A stretch of DNA of 55,112 nt, taken from the NCBI GenBank assembly GCA_903933015.1, contig CAIZIQ010000282.1, forward strand, positions 1 to 55,112, given 5' to 3'. Each line of letters opens with the position of its first letter. The first letter of the stretch is position 1. Of the stretch, positions 10,260 to 19,951 are shown one piece after another. The stretch is from an uncultured Spartobacteria bacterium (lineage in GTDB: Bacteria; Verrucomicrobiota; Verrucomicrobiia; Chthoniobacterales; UBA6821). The translations under genes were made by a program, and so were the position numbers. Below the pieces are notes generated by a model, which was not told the origin of the DNA, made no database searches, and worked only from the letters and a program-made list of their open reading frames with translations.

Positions 10260-13200
10260 TTAAGACTGAGTCTCCTCTGCTACAGCCACAACATCCTGGG
10301 TCTCGTCGCGGAGTGTGCTGTTGCTCGCCGCGGCAGGCGGCAGCTGCTCGTCACGGCCCGTGAACTTGACGCTCAGGAGCTTGCTGATACCGCGCTCCTC
10401 CATGGTCACGCCATAGAGAGTGTCGGCGCGGGACATGGTGCGCTTGTTGTGCGTGATAACCATGAACTGGCTCTGGCCGATGAAGCGGTCGAGCAGCTTG
10501 ATGAAACGTCCGATGTTCGACTCATCGAGCGGCGCGTCCATTTCGTCAAGTACGCAGAAGGGGGAAGGCTTAACCATGTAGATGGCGAAGAGCAGCGCCA
10601 CTGCGGTCATGGTGCGCTCGCCACCGGAGAGGAGCGAGATGCTCTGCAATTTTTTGCCGGGAGGCTGGGCTATGATTTCGATGCCACTCTCCAGCGGATC
10701 GCTCTCGTCCATGAGGATGAGGTTTGCCTTTCCGCCCGCAAAGAGCTGACCGAACATCTCCTGGAAGTTCACGCGGATCTTTTCGAAGGTCTCGGAAAAG
10801 AGTTCCCTGGTGGTCTTGTTGATCCGGGAAATCGCCTCGAGCAGCTCGGCCTTGCCGTTGATCAGGTCGGTGTTCTGCTGCTCGAGGAATTTGTAGCGCT
10901 CCTCGAGTTCATCGTATTCCTGGATGGCATCCAGATTCACCGGTCCCATGGAATCGACGCGCTCGGTCAACTCGGCGACGACCAGCTCGATCCGTTCCCA
11001 CGGGATCTCGGCAGGAATCGGTCCCGAGGTAACTTCCAGCGCTTCCACGACTTCGACAGGCACTTCCTCGGGATTCTCGTTGGAGGGGAGTGGGGTCTCG
11101 CCCTCCGAGGATTCTGGCAGGGAAGCCGCACGTCGTTCCTTCTCCTTTTGCGAAACAACGGCCTTGAGCAGCAGATAACGGTCGGGCTCAAATCCCGCCA
11201 GATCCAACTGGTAGCGGCGGGAGACATGGTCGCGAATGGCTTCTCCCCGGAGGCGAAGCTCCGCGAGGCGGACCTCGTTCTTGGAGCGGCTGTCCTGAAG
11301 GTCGGAGAGGTTCTTTCGCGCGCCGCGCAGGGCAATCTCGAGGGCCTCGACACCTGCCTGCAGCTCGGTGCGTCGGACACCCAGTTCGAGTACGCGGGCC
11401 TCGGCCTCGGCGCTCTCCTGCTTCCAGGTTTCCACGCTCTCGGCAAGGCTTGCAGATTCGGCATCGAGCGCACGGATACGCTCCTCGTGGGTCGAGATAT
11501 CACGCTCCCGGGCCGTGATGGTCTCGGCGAGTTCGCGGATACGGGCTTCCATCGGGGCTCGCTGGCTGGCGAGTGATTGCTGACGCTGGCGCTCGGTGGC
11601 GACGCGGAGGCGCGCCTCGGCAAGATCGGCGGCGGCGGCCGTCTCGGCATCACGCAGGAGGGCAATCCGGGAGGAAGCGGCGGAGCGCTCCTCGCGCGCG
11701 GTGGCAAGTTCCAAAGTGGCACTCTCGAGCTGCTGTTCACGCTCGGCGATCTGCGCCTCGAGCAGGAGAATGTGCTCCTGCAGCGCGGAAATTTCCCCGT
11801 CCAAAGACTCGTGGCGGTGGCGCACATTTTCCAGCTCGCGGGAGGCGAGCAGGTTGTCGGCCTGGGCGGCGGCGAGCAGTCCCTGGGTGTTGCCGAGATG
11901 CTCGCGGGCATCGCGGAGGCGATTGATGGCGGCCTCCAGGGAGGCAAGCGCTCCTTCCCTGACCAAGGTCAGGCGGGCGCTGGTTTCGCGGAGACTTTCG
12001 ACTTCGCGCTCGAGCGACGCGATCTGCGAGCGACGCAGCAGCGCGGAGCTGGTCGCCTCCCCGGTGGCCCCTCCATGGGCAACACCGTCGCGGCCAAGGA
12101 ACTCTCCCGTGCGTGCAGCAAAAGCCAGTCCGGGGTACTGCTTCTTGAGAGCAAAGGCGGTCTGTAGGTCAGGAACGATGGCGACGCCCTCCAGGAGTCG
12201 TGCGATCAGTCCGTGGGCGGAACCGGTGGCGCGCACCACATCGGTCGCCCAGCAGAGGGCACCGTCGGGAAGAGACTGCGTCTGCTGCGGGACCAGAGGG
12301 AGAAGGTCGCTGGCCAATACGGAAGCGCGCCCCTGTGCAGCTTCACGCAGGGTCTGGAGGGCAGCCTCGGCCATCCCCGCGTCGGCAAAAACGATCGCGC
12401 GGCTGGCCGCACCGAAGGCGGCCTCGATCGCGGGGATCTCGGCGGGCGGAACCTCGATCAGTGAGGCGAGGGTGCCGATGATGCCGGCCTGGAAAAACTC
12501 GGGCCGATCGAGTCCCCGCAGGATTGCCTGCGCCCCCTCGCCGAGCCCCTCTCCCTCGCGCTCGAGCTGGAGGAGGATCTCGAGGCGGTGCTCACGCTCG
12601 GAGAGCTGCTTGCCGGCGGCGTTCCATTCGCTCTCCGCAGTCTGGCGGGCCGTCTGGGACTCGTCATGGGCCTGCTGGGCGGCGAGGAGTTCCTGCTCCG
12701 CGTCATCCAACGCCTGGCGCGTGGATGCCTGGGCTGCTGCTGTCTGTTCGGCACGGGTGGCTGCGGTGGTGACAGCCAGTCCGGCCACGGAAACCTGCTC
12801 TTGAAGTTGAAGCGCACGGGCGCGCTCCGCATCGCGGCGGGCGCTGGCCGTGGAGAGGTCGCCCCGGACATCGGTCAGGCGGTTTTCCAGTTCATGGAGG
12901 CGTCCGGTGAGCGACTCGGTGGCCTGCTCGGCCGAGAGGCGTTCCTGCTGGGCCTGCTGGAGGCGGGCGGTGCCGGCCTGGAGCGATTCCTCCTCGGCGC
13001 GCAGGACGTCGAGCAGGGAGGTCAGTTGTGCATCGGTCTGCTCGATCTCGCTCTCCTGCTCGCGAATGCGGAGATGGGTGGCATCGATGTCGGCGCGTGA
13101 ACGGACGCTCATCTCGCGGAACTCGCCGCAGCGTTCCGCATTCGTCTCGATGCGGTTCTCGCCGGAGAAAATGCGGTTGCGGAGGGTCTGAAGATTGTCC

Positions 13201-14060
13201 CGGGCGCCCTCGACCTCGGAATCGAGGACAGAGACCTGCTCGCGGGCACCGGCCACCTCGACTTCCTGCTCGGCAATCTCCCTCTCGTAGAGGGCGCGCG
13301 CATCGGCGCTCTTTTCGACCTGCTCGGCCACTTCGGTGATGGAGCGCTCAAGGTCGAGGTAGGTGCGGTGGGAGAGATGCGTGTCGAGGACCCGGAGATC
13401 CTCCATGAGGGACTGATAGCGACGAGCCTTCCCTGCCTGGCGCTGGAGAGATCCGATCTGACGCTTCACCTCCTTGATGATATCGGAGACGCGGAGGAGA
13501 TTGGACTCAGTGTACTCAAGCTTGCGAAGGGCCTCCTTTTTCTGGGCCTTGTATTTCGTGATGCCGGCGGCCTCCTCGAAGATGGCGCGTCGGTCCTCCG
13601 GACGGCTGTTGAGCAGCAGGGCCGTGCGCCCCTGCTCCATGATGGAGTAGGCGCTGCGTCCGATGCCGGTGTCCATGAAGAGATTGTGGATGTCCTTGAG
13701 ACGGCAGGGGGTGCCGTTGATCAGATACTCGGACTTGCCGTCACGGAAGACGCGGCGGGTGATGCAGACCTCGTTCCACTCGACTCCGAGTTCCTTCTCG
13801 CACTCGGAGAAAGTCATCGAGACCTCGGCCATGTTGTGAGGCTGGCGTGTGTCGGTGCCGCTGAAAATGACGTCGGCCATTTCTCCGCCGCGCAGGGCCT
13901 TGGCCGACTGCTCGCCGAGCACCCAGCGGATGGCATCTAGGACGTTCGATTTGCCGCAGCCGTTGGGACCGACGATTGCGGTCACTCCCCGGTGAAAGCG
14001 CAGGACCGTTTTGGGGGCAAATGACTTGAATCCGACCAGTTCGAGTGATTGAAGATACAT
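10260..14060 (-). CDS. smc: Chromosome segregation protein SMC
   Basis: The ORF runs to 14174, but the canonical N-terminus MYLQSLELVGFKSFAPKT...GPNGCGKSN (Walker A) begins at the ATG at 14060. It has long Ala/Glu/Arg-rich coiled coils and a hinge. The C-terminus carries the signature LSGGERTMTAVALLFA and Walker B VLDEMDAPLD. Confidence 0.95.
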   Translation of the reverse strand: MYLQSLELVGFKSFAPKTVLRFHRGVTAIVGPNGCGKSNVLDAIRWVLGEQSAKALRGGEMADVIFSGTDTRQPHNMAEVSMTFSECEKELGVEWNEVCITRRVFRDGKSEYLINGTPCRLKDIHNLFMDTGIGRSAYSIMEQGRTALLLNSRPEDRRAIFEEAAGITKYKAQKKEALRKLEYTESNLLRVSDIIKEVKRQIGSLQRQAGKARRYQSLMEDLRVLDTHLSHRTYLDLERSITEVAEQVEKSADARALYEREIAEQEVEVAGAREQVSVLDSEVEGARDNLQTLRNRIFSGENRIETNAERCGEFREMSVRSRADIDATHLRIREQESEIEQTDAQLTSLLDVLRAEEESLQAGTARLQQAQQERLSAEQATESLTGRLHELENRLTDVRGDLSTASARRDAERARALQLQEQVSVAGLAVTTAATRAEQTAAAQASTRQALDDAEQELLAAQQAHDESQTARQTAESEWNAAGKQLSEREHRLEILLQLEREGEGLGEGAQAILRGLDRPEFFQAGIIGTLASLIEVPPAEIPAIEAAFGAASRAIVFADAGMAEAALQTLREAAQGRASVLASDLLPLVPQQTQSLPDGALCWATDVVRATGSAHGLIARLLEGVAIVPDLQTAFALKKQYPGLAFAARTGEFLGRDGVAHGGATGEATSSALLRRSQIASLEREVESLRETSARLTLVREGALASLEAAINRLRDAREHLGNTQGLLAAAQADNLLASRELENVRHRHESLDGEISALQEHILLLEAQIAEREQQLESATLELATAREERSAASSRIALLRDAETAAAADLAEARLRVATERQRQQSLASQRAPMEARIRELAETITARERDISTHEERIRALDAESASLAESVETWKQESAEAEARVLELGVRRTELQAGVEALEIALRGARKNLSDLQDSRSKNEVRLAELRLRGEAIRDHVSRRYQLDLAGFEPDRYLLLKAVVSQKEKERRAASLPESSEGETPLPSNENPEEVPVEVVEALEVTSGPIPAEIPWERIELVVAELTERVDSMGPVNLDAIQEYDELEERYKFLEQQNTDLINGKAELLEAISRINKTTRELFSETFEKIRVNFQEMFGQLFAGGKANLILMDESDPLESGIEIIAQPPGKKLQSISLLSGGERTMTAVALLFAIYMVKPSPFCVLDEMDAPLDESNIGRFIKLLDRFIGQSQFMVITHNKRTMSRADTLYGVTMEERGISKLLSVKFTGRDEQLPPAAASNSTLRDETQDVVAVAEETQS

Positions 14061-14294
14061 GTGGGGCGTGGTGAGTGGTTGGGGGTGGTAAACTCTAGGT
14101 TGGCAGAGCTTCCGGAGACAACCAAAAAAGGGTAAAAAGCACAACTTGTTGGGGTAAAGATTCTGCAACACCACAAGATATAGTGGTTTCTGGACATCTC
14201 TCTGCAGGAGCCCTTGTGTGAGCCGGACATCACTCGGCGGGAAGCTGCGGATTGTAAACTTGGCGAAGCCCTCCTGTTTCTCTAGAAGGGGGGC

Positions 14295-14960
14295 ATGTCA
14301 TCCTTTGATTTTGCTCCCATCCTCGCCAACCGCATCGTTTCCGTCATCACCATCGACCGCGCCGAGGATGCCGAACCCCTCACTCAGGCCCTCCTTGACG
14401 GAGGACTCAATGCCCTGGAGGTCACCTTCCGCACACCCGCTGCCCCCGAGGCCGTCCGCCGGATCAAGGCCGGCTTTGGCAACAAGGTGCATCTCGGCGT
14501 CGGTACCCTGCTGACCACCGAGCAGGTCGCTCAGGCCGCGGAGGCAGGCGCCACCTTCGGCCTAGCTCCCGGCCTCAATGCAAATGTCGTCCGCGCCGCT
14601 CATGAGCGCGGTCTCGGCTTCATTCCAGGTGTGATGACTCCTTCCGAAATCGAGAAAGCCCTCGAGCTCGGCTGCAAGGTCCAGAAGTTCTTCCCCGCCG
14701 ATGTCGCGGGGGGCATCAAGATGCTCAAGACCCTTTCCGGTCCCTACGGACACACTGGCGTGAAGTTCATCCCCCTCGGCGGTGTCAGTGCCACCACGCT
14801 AAAAGAATATCTAGCAGCTCCCGGCGTCGCCGCAGTCGGCGGTTCCTGGATCGCTGACCGATCCCTTATCAAGGCCGGGGACTGGACAGGCATCACCTCG
14901 CTTGCCAAGAAAGCCGTCGCCATCGCAACGGGCAAGGAAGAGGAAGGCCCGTTGGAGTAA
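14295..14960 (+). CDS. eda: KHG/KDPG aldolase (2-dehydro-3-deoxyphosphogluconate / 4-hydroxy-2-oxoglutarate aldolase)
   Basis: A 221-aa ORF with Eda-family motifs: LEVTFRTPAA, GVGTLLT, PGVMTPSE, KFFPA and GGV. Confidence 0.88.
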   Translation: MSSFDFAPILANRIVSVITIDRAEDAEPLTQALLDGGLNALEVTFRTPAAPEAVRRIKAGFGNKVHLGVGTLLTTEQVAQAAEAGATFGLAPGLNANVVRAAHERGLGFIPGVMTPSEIEKALELGCKVQKFFPADVAGGIKMLKTLSGPYGHTGVKFIPLGGVSATTLKEYLAAPGVAAVGGSWIADRSLIKAGDWTGITSLAKKAVAIATGKEEEGPLE

Positions 14961-15047
14961 GAGAAGTAACGATGCCTCTCTTTGGGTCCCCACCAAACTC
15001 CCACATTCGCTTAAACCGCATAACTCTTTCCCCTTTAGGAGAAAAGG

Positions 15048-16211
15048 TTAGCTATTTTGGTTTTTGAGAGCAACGGCCAGTGCCCGAATCTCCTCCGCGG
15101 TATGCGCTGCGTTCATTGTGACCCGCAGACGGGCGGTATTCCGCGGAACGGTCGGGTAGCGGATCGCCGGAACAAAGAATCCCGATTCCGCCAGGCGTGC
15201 TGATGCCTTCAGGGCACGCTCTTCACTCCCGAGGATCATCGGCATGATGGCGCTCTGCGGCGTGTCCATCTTCAGTTCCCCAGAAAGCAGAAGGAGGTTT
15301 TCGCGGAGCCGCGCGCGCAGCGCATCTCCCTCTGATGACTGCACGATCCGGAGCGAGGCACGGCAGGCCGCGGCCACGGCGGGAGAGGGTGCCGTCGAAA
15401 AGATGAAGCTCCGGGCACGATTGATCAACCAGTCGATGAGGAGGCGGGATCCCGCGATATAACCGCCGGAGACTCCGAGGGCCTTGCCGAGGGTTCCCAT
15501 CTGGATCTCGATGCGGTTGGCCAAGCCCAATTCCCCAGCCAAGCCCTGGGCACCACTTCCGCGCACGCCGACGGCATGAGCCTCATCGAGAAAGAGGATC
15601 GCCCCGTACCTTTCCTTGAGCTCCACGATCTCACGAAGGGGTGCCAGATCGCCATCCATGCTGAAGATCGATTCCGTCACGATCATGATCCTCCCCTTCG
15701 GATGGGTCTCCGTCGACCACTTGAGGTGCGACTCGAGTTTTCCCAGGTCATTGTGCGGGAAGACGCGGAGTTTTGCCCCGGAGGCATGAACCCCATCGAT
15801 CAGACAGGCGTGAGCGAGCTTATCCAGAATCACCACGTCTCCGCGCCCGACCAAGGCAGGAATCGTTCCGGTTGCCGCGGCAACCCCCGTCGAGAAGACC
15901 AAGGAGGCCTCGGTCCCCTTTGCCACGGCAAGTTCCTCTTCAAACGCAGTATGCTCGGCCGATGTGCCGCAGATCAGTCTGGAAGCGGTGGAACCGACAC
16001 CCCACCGGCGCGCAGCCTCACCCATCGCGGTAGCAATCGCCGGATGAGAGGCCAGACCCAGATAATCATTGGAGGAAAAGTTCGCCAGCTCGCGGCCCGC
16101 GATCTTGATCCGCGTGCTCCGGGAGGATTCGACCACGCGCAGGGAGCGGCTAAGCCCTTTCTTCTCAAGGGAGGAGAGTTCGGAAAGCAAGGCAGACTCG
16201 AAAGGGCCCAT
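15048..16211 (-). CDS. bioF: 8-amino-7-oxononanoate synthase (alpha-oxoamine synthase family)
   Basis: A 387-aa ORF with NFSSNDYLGLASHP, DEAHAVG, FSMDGD and TLGKALG (PLP lysine). The SSNDYLGL variant favours BioF over Kbl, but family-level assignment is safer. Confidence 0.75.
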   Translation of the reverse strand: MGPFESALLSELSSLEKKGLSRSLRVVESSRSTRIKIAGRELANFSSNDYLGLASHPAIATAMGEAARRWGVGSTASRLICGTSAEHTAFEEELAVAKGTEASLVFSTGVAAATGTIPALVGRGDVVILDKLAHACLIDGVHASGAKLRVFPHNDLGKLESHLKWSTETHPKGRIMIVTESIFSMDGDLAPLREIVELKERYGAILFLDEAHAVGVRGSGAQGLAGELGLANRIEIQMGTLGKALGVSGGYIAGSRLLIDWLINRARSFIFSTAPSPAVAAACRASLRIVQSSEGDALRARLRENLLLLSGELKMDTPQSAIMPMILGSEERALKASARLAESGFFVPAIRYPTVPRNTARLRVTMNAAHTAEEIRALAVALKNQNS

Positions 16212-16237
16212 GCAAAAGGAGAGCGGGGTGGAGAACG

Positions 16238-17392
16238 TTAGCGTTTGGCTTTCGACGGCTTGGCGGCAGGCACCGCTTTCCGCGTGGGCCGCACTCCGTC
16301 GAGCTTATTCACCAGCGGAGCATCGCGCTCTGTGACGAAGTTGACCACCAGTCCGGGGCGTCCGGCACGGGCCGTGCGGCCGACTCGGTGCAGGTAATTC
16401 TCCATCTGCTGCGGCAGGTGATAGTTGATGACGCGGCCGACGTGTTCGACATCGAGCCCCCGGGAGGCCAGGTCGGTGGAGATCAGCAGATCAACCTCAC
16501 CGTCACGAAATGCCTTGAGATTCCGGCGCCGCTCCGCCTTGTCCATCTCTCCCCGATAAACCACACAGGGCCAACCGGCTTCATCCAATTCCCCGGCAAG
16601 CTTGTCGCACTGATCGCGCGTGTTGGTGAAGAGGATCGTGCCTCCCTCCACCTTCTTGCCAAGCAGTTGCTCGAGCAGGGGAAAGCGTTTCCCTCCCACG
16701 ACCATCTGCTGGGTGGTGGTTAGCGTCGGGACCACCCGGTGGCTCCCTTGGCTACGAATCACCTCCGCCCCGGCGAAGAGCTCCGTAATGAGCTTCTCCA
16801 CGGCGGCGGGAACCGTGGCCGAGAACAGCGCGAGCTGTCGTTCAGCGGGGCACACCTTCACGATCCTTCGCACGTCGGGCAAAAATCCGTGATCCAGCAT
16901 CTGATCAGCTTCGTCGAGCACGAGGGTGCGGACATCCCCCAGCGTGACGAACCCCGCCTCCATCATCTTGATCAGGCGACCGGGCGTGGCGACCAAAACC
17001 TCAAAGGGCCCCTGAAGGCTGCGCTTGGCCTGTTCCGTGGTTGTTCCGCCAAGGAGCGCACGCACACGCAGGCGCGTCTCATTGGTGAAGGGTTTGAAGG
17101 CCTTGGCCACCTGCTCCCCCAATTCCCGGGTTGGAACCACAACGATGGCCCGGGGCTCTCCGTAAACAGTGACCGGGTTGCCTTGGAGCTCCAGGGTCTT
17201 GAGCCGATGGAGGATCGGCAAGGCATAGGCAAGGGTCTTTCCGCTCCCCGTCTCGGCAACCCCAACCACCGAGCGTCCAGCGAGCAGGGCGGGCACTGCC
17301 TGAGACTGGATTTCGGTAGGCCTGGTCAGTTTTTTTTCAACGAGGGTGCCCTGAAGGGTGGGAAGCAGGGCCAGATCGGCAAAGGAGTTCAT
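16238..17392 (-). CDS. DEAD-box ATP-dependent RNA helicase
   Basis: It has a Q-motif region (FADLAL...PTEIQ), Walker A AETGSGKT, VLDEAD, SAT and HRVGRTARAG motifs, and a basic C-terminal tail. The ATG at 17392 (MNSFADL) is preferred over the ORF start at 17422. Confidence 0.92.
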   Translation of the reverse strand: MNSFADLALLPTLQGTLVEKKLTRPTEIQSQAVPALLAGRSVVGVAETGSGKTLAYALPILHRLKTLELQGNPVTVYGEPRAIVVVPTRELGEQVAKAFKPFTNETRLRVRALLGGTTTEQAKRSLQGPFEVLVATPGRLIKMMEAGFVTLGDVRTLVLDEADQMLDHGFLPDVRRIVKVCPAERQLALFSATVPAAVEKLITELFAGAEVIRSQGSHRVVPTLTTTQQMVVGGKRFPLLEQLLGKKVEGGTILFTNTRDQCDKLAGELDEAGWPCVVYRGEMDKAERRRNLKAFRDGEVDLLISTDLASRGLDVEHVGRVINYHLPQQMENYLHRVGRTARAGRPGLVVNFVTERDAPLVNKLDGVRPTRKAVPAAKPSKAKR

Positions 17393-17643
17393 GGATGGCA
17401 AAAAGCGTACCCCGTTTCCCACAGGATGGCAGTCAATACGTCACTCGGGAGAAGTGCCCGGAGAGATTCTGCCCATGTGCTCTGCGTGCAAAGACCCCGG
17501 ATAGGGGAGGGATTTCCTCTGTCTCCGCAGAGTTGCTACTAAAAGGCTTCGCTTTAATCCTCTGCCGCTTATCGGGGCTTGGCGATCGAACGGAATTTCT
17601 CCATCCCTCAGAATGCATTTTGTTGCTCTTTGAGTAGGAAGAC

Positions 17644-17730
17644 CGGATGGGGAGGGATTCGAACCCTCGTTACCGATAAAGGTAAACACGCTTTCCAAGC
17701 GTGCGCGATCGACCACTCTGCCACCCATCC
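17644..17730 (-). tRNA. tRNA-Ser (anticodon GGA), long variable arm, no encoded CCA
   Basis: The reverse complement is GGATGGGTGGCAGAGTGGTCGATCGCGCACGCTTGGAAAGCGTGTTTACCTTTATCGGTAACGAGGGTTCGAATCCCTCCCCATCCG. It has acceptor GGATGGG/CCCATCC, anticodon stem CACGC/GCGTG, loop TTGGAAA, a long extra arm and T arm GAGGG-TTCGAAT-CCCTC. Confidence 0.92.
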
Positions 17731-17918
17731 TGATCTAAACTGAGCTAGAAAGAGTATGAGCGAAACTTCCTTCGCGCAAGCCGCTAGGTGCGGGGTATCA
17801 AGATTTTTTGCTAGCGACGTTCGCAAAACAAAATGTGGGGAGGGAATTGTCCCGGCTATGCCGGGGCTCTGCAGTAAGGCTGCGCGATAGTCAAATGCCG
17901 CTGATCGCGGCATGGCAG

Positions 17919-17988
17919 TCGAACCCTCGTTACCGATAAAGGTAAACACGCTTTTCCAGCGTGCGCGATCGACCACTCTGCCACCCAT
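17919..17988 (-). pseudogene. Decayed partial copy of tRNA-Ser: 5-prime 70 nt only, defective anticodon loop, no T-stem or acceptor 3-prime strand
   Basis: It matches 17659..17728 at 68 of 70 nt. The two differences fall in the anticodon loop (TGGAAAA, so U33 is lost). Homology ends in the T loop, so no closing T stem or acceptor strand exists. A 7-bp hairpin (ATGCCGC-TGATC-GCGGCAT, 17895..17913) abuts the breakpoint. Confidence 0.8.
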
Positions 17989-18256
17989 TGAACTCGGGCG
18001 TGCCCACGCCACTCGCCCCTTTGGGGCTGCTCCTTCGTCGCAGTTGTATCAGCTCCCGCCTGTCGCTGATTTCTGGGCAACCTGCCGATGGGGACCCCCC
18101 AGTGCACCCGGCAGGGTGCAAGCCGTGCGGTGCATCCGGTGGCACTTTTTCATTTTCCTCCGCTTGAACGAGGGCTTCTTCCTTGCCCCGGGGGGACGCT
18201 GGGGTCATAAAAGGCGTCTCTTTTCCAACACAGGAAACCCATTTTTTAAAAAATCG

Positions 18257-19918
18257 ATGAGCGCCACCGACACCACTGAAACGAAGGCCGACACAGCCGC
18301 CACCGCCGTGCCGATGATCAATGTCCAGGTCGACGGTGAGTGGAAGCAGTTTCCGAAGGGAACGCGCCTGATCGAAGCCTGCATGAAGAGCGGCAGCTAC
18401 GTGCCTCACTACTGCTACCATCCGGCCCTGAGCTCACCCGGCAACTGCCGTATGTGCCTGATCGAGATGGGCACGCCCAAGATGGGCCCCGACCGGAAGC
18501 CCGAGATCGGACCCGACGGGCATCCTGTCATCAACTGGAGCCCGCGCCCGGCGATCTCCTGCGCCATCGAGGTCTCCGAGGGGCTTGGCGTCCGCACAAA
18601 GTCGCCGCTGGTCGAGGAATGCCGCAAGGGCGTGATGGAGTTCCTACTCATCAATCACCCGCTCGACTGCCCGATCTGCGACAAGGCCGGCGAGTGCCGC
18701 CTGCAGGAGTTCTCGGTCCAATACGGCAACGATCACTCCCGCTTTGAGGACAACAAGGTCAAGAAGCCGAAGCACGTCGACATCGGCGAGCGGATCGTCC
18801 TCGACGACGAGCGATGCATTCTCTGCTCCCGCTGCATCCGCTTCATGGACGAGGTGGCCAAGGACGACTGTCTTGGATTTGTAGACCGCGGGGGCCATAC
18901 CCACCTCACCGTTCATCCTGGCAAGCGCCTCGACAGCAACTACTCCCTCAACACCGTCGACATCTGCCCCGTCGGCGCGCTGACTTCCAAGGATTTCCGC
19001 TTCAAGATGCGCGTTTGGTTCCTCAAGGAGACCAAGACCATCGACACGAACTGCGGAACCGGCAGCAACATCGTTATCGGCAGCCGCGAGAACAAGATCC
19101 ACCGCATTACCCCTCGTGAAAACGAGGCGGTCAATGCCTTCTGGCTCCCCGATTCCCATCGTCTGAATTACACCTACATCCACCGCGAGGATCGTCTCAA
19201 GGAGCCCTTGGTGAACGGCGGCGCCGTCCGCTGGAAGGAAGCCGTTGCCACGGCCGCCGAATCGCTCAAGGCCCATGCGGGCGCCTCCACCGCGATCATT
19301 GCCTCCGGCCGCTTGACGAACGAGGAGCTCTTCCTCGCCCGTCGCCTCGCCACAGCACTCCAGACCGACCTAATCGACATTCGCCCGCGCGCCCAGAAGG
19401 GAGACGGCTTCCTCGTTTCCGACGACGGCAATCCCAACACGCGTGGCGCCCAACTCCTCGGCGTCACCTCGGCAACGCCGGGCTCCCGCCTCTCCGAGAT
19501 TGCGGCCGGCATCGGGTCCGGAAAAATCACCTCCCTCGTCGTACTCGGGGAGAACCCCCTCCATTGCGGACTCAGCAATGTCGACCTCAGCAAGCTTTCC
19601 TCGCTCGTCACCCTCGATATTCTGCCAAACGACTCGCTGAAATTCTCCAAAGTTGTGCTGCCCGGCAGTGCCTCGGCTGAAAAGCGCGGATCCATGGTCA
19701 ATGTCAACGGCCGACTCCAGCGCCTCAACCGCGCGCTCTCGGCTCCCGGCCATGCACGTGATGATTGGGAAATCCTGAGTGACCTGCTCAAGGCCCTCGG
19801 AGCCGAAGGCGCCTCCTCACTCGAGGATCTCTTCAAGCAGATGGCCTCCGTCACTCCCGCCCTCGCGGGCCTGAACCTCGGTAAGATCGGCGACCTCGGT
19901 ATTAACCTTCCGAAATAA
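18257..19918 (+). CDS. NuoG-like protein (NADH-quinone oxidoreductase subunit G family; 2Fe-2S plus 4Fe-4S N-terminus and a molybdopterin-oxidoreductase-like domain)
   Basis: The ORF track extends to 17912 across the tRNA fragment. The realistic start is ATG 18257 (MSATDTTE...). Cys motifs are CYHPALSSPGNCRMC, HPLDCPICDKAGEC, CILCSRCIRF and CPVGALT. Product length is 553 aa. Confidence 0.85.
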   Translation: MSATDTTETKADTAATAVPMINVQVDGEWKQFPKGTRLIEACMKSGSYVPHYCYHPALSSPGNCRMCLIEMGTPKMGPDRKPEIGPDGHPVINWSPRPAISCAIEVSEGLGVRTKSPLVEECRKGVMEFLLINHPLDCPICDKAGECRLQEFSVQYGNDHSRFEDNKVKKPKHVDIGERIVLDDERCILCSRCIRFMDEVAKDDCLGFVDRGGHTHLTVHPGKRLDSNYSLNTVDICPVGALTSKDFRFKMRVWFLKETKTIDTNCGTGSNIVIGSRENKIHRITPRENEAVNAFWLPDSHRLNYTYIHREDRLKEPLVNGGAVRWKEAVATAAESLKAHAGASTAIIASGRLTNEELFLARRLATALQTDLIDIRPRAQKGDGFLVSDDGNPNTRGAQLLGVTSATPGSRLSEIAAGIGSGKITSLVVLGENPLHCGLSNVDLSKLSSLVTLDILPNDSLKFSKVVLPGSASAEKRGSMVNVNGRLQRLNRALSAPGHARDDWEILSDLLKALGAEGASSLEDLFKQMASVTPALAGLNLGKIGDLGINLPK

Positions 19919-19951
19919 GATCGTTCGAGCGAAGCGTTGCCGTGAGCGGAG

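Noticed and set aside
10167-12804. Long plus-strand ORFs (469 aa at 10167..11576; 402 aa at 11596..12804; several of 100-330 aa) opposite smc
   Set aside because: They are antisense shadows of a high-GC, Ala/Glu/Arg-rich coiled-coil gene. Their translations are low-complexity Arg/Ser/Ala/Gly strings with no motifs, whereas the minus-strand frame carries the complete SMC signature set.
17912-18256. A 115-codon N-terminal extension of the NuoG-like ORF given in the ORF track
   Set aside because: The extension runs through the tRNA-Ser fragment and a non-coding-looking leader. The conserved NuoG N-terminus begins right after ATG 18257.
17423-18256. Prophage or genomic island integrated at tRNA-Ser
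   Set aside because: The duplicated tRNA segment initially suggested attL/attR. However, only 188 bp lie between the copies, no integrase, excisionase or phage gene occurs within several kb, and the retained fragment is the 5-prime part rather than the 3-prime att core. It is kept only as a scar or duplication finding.
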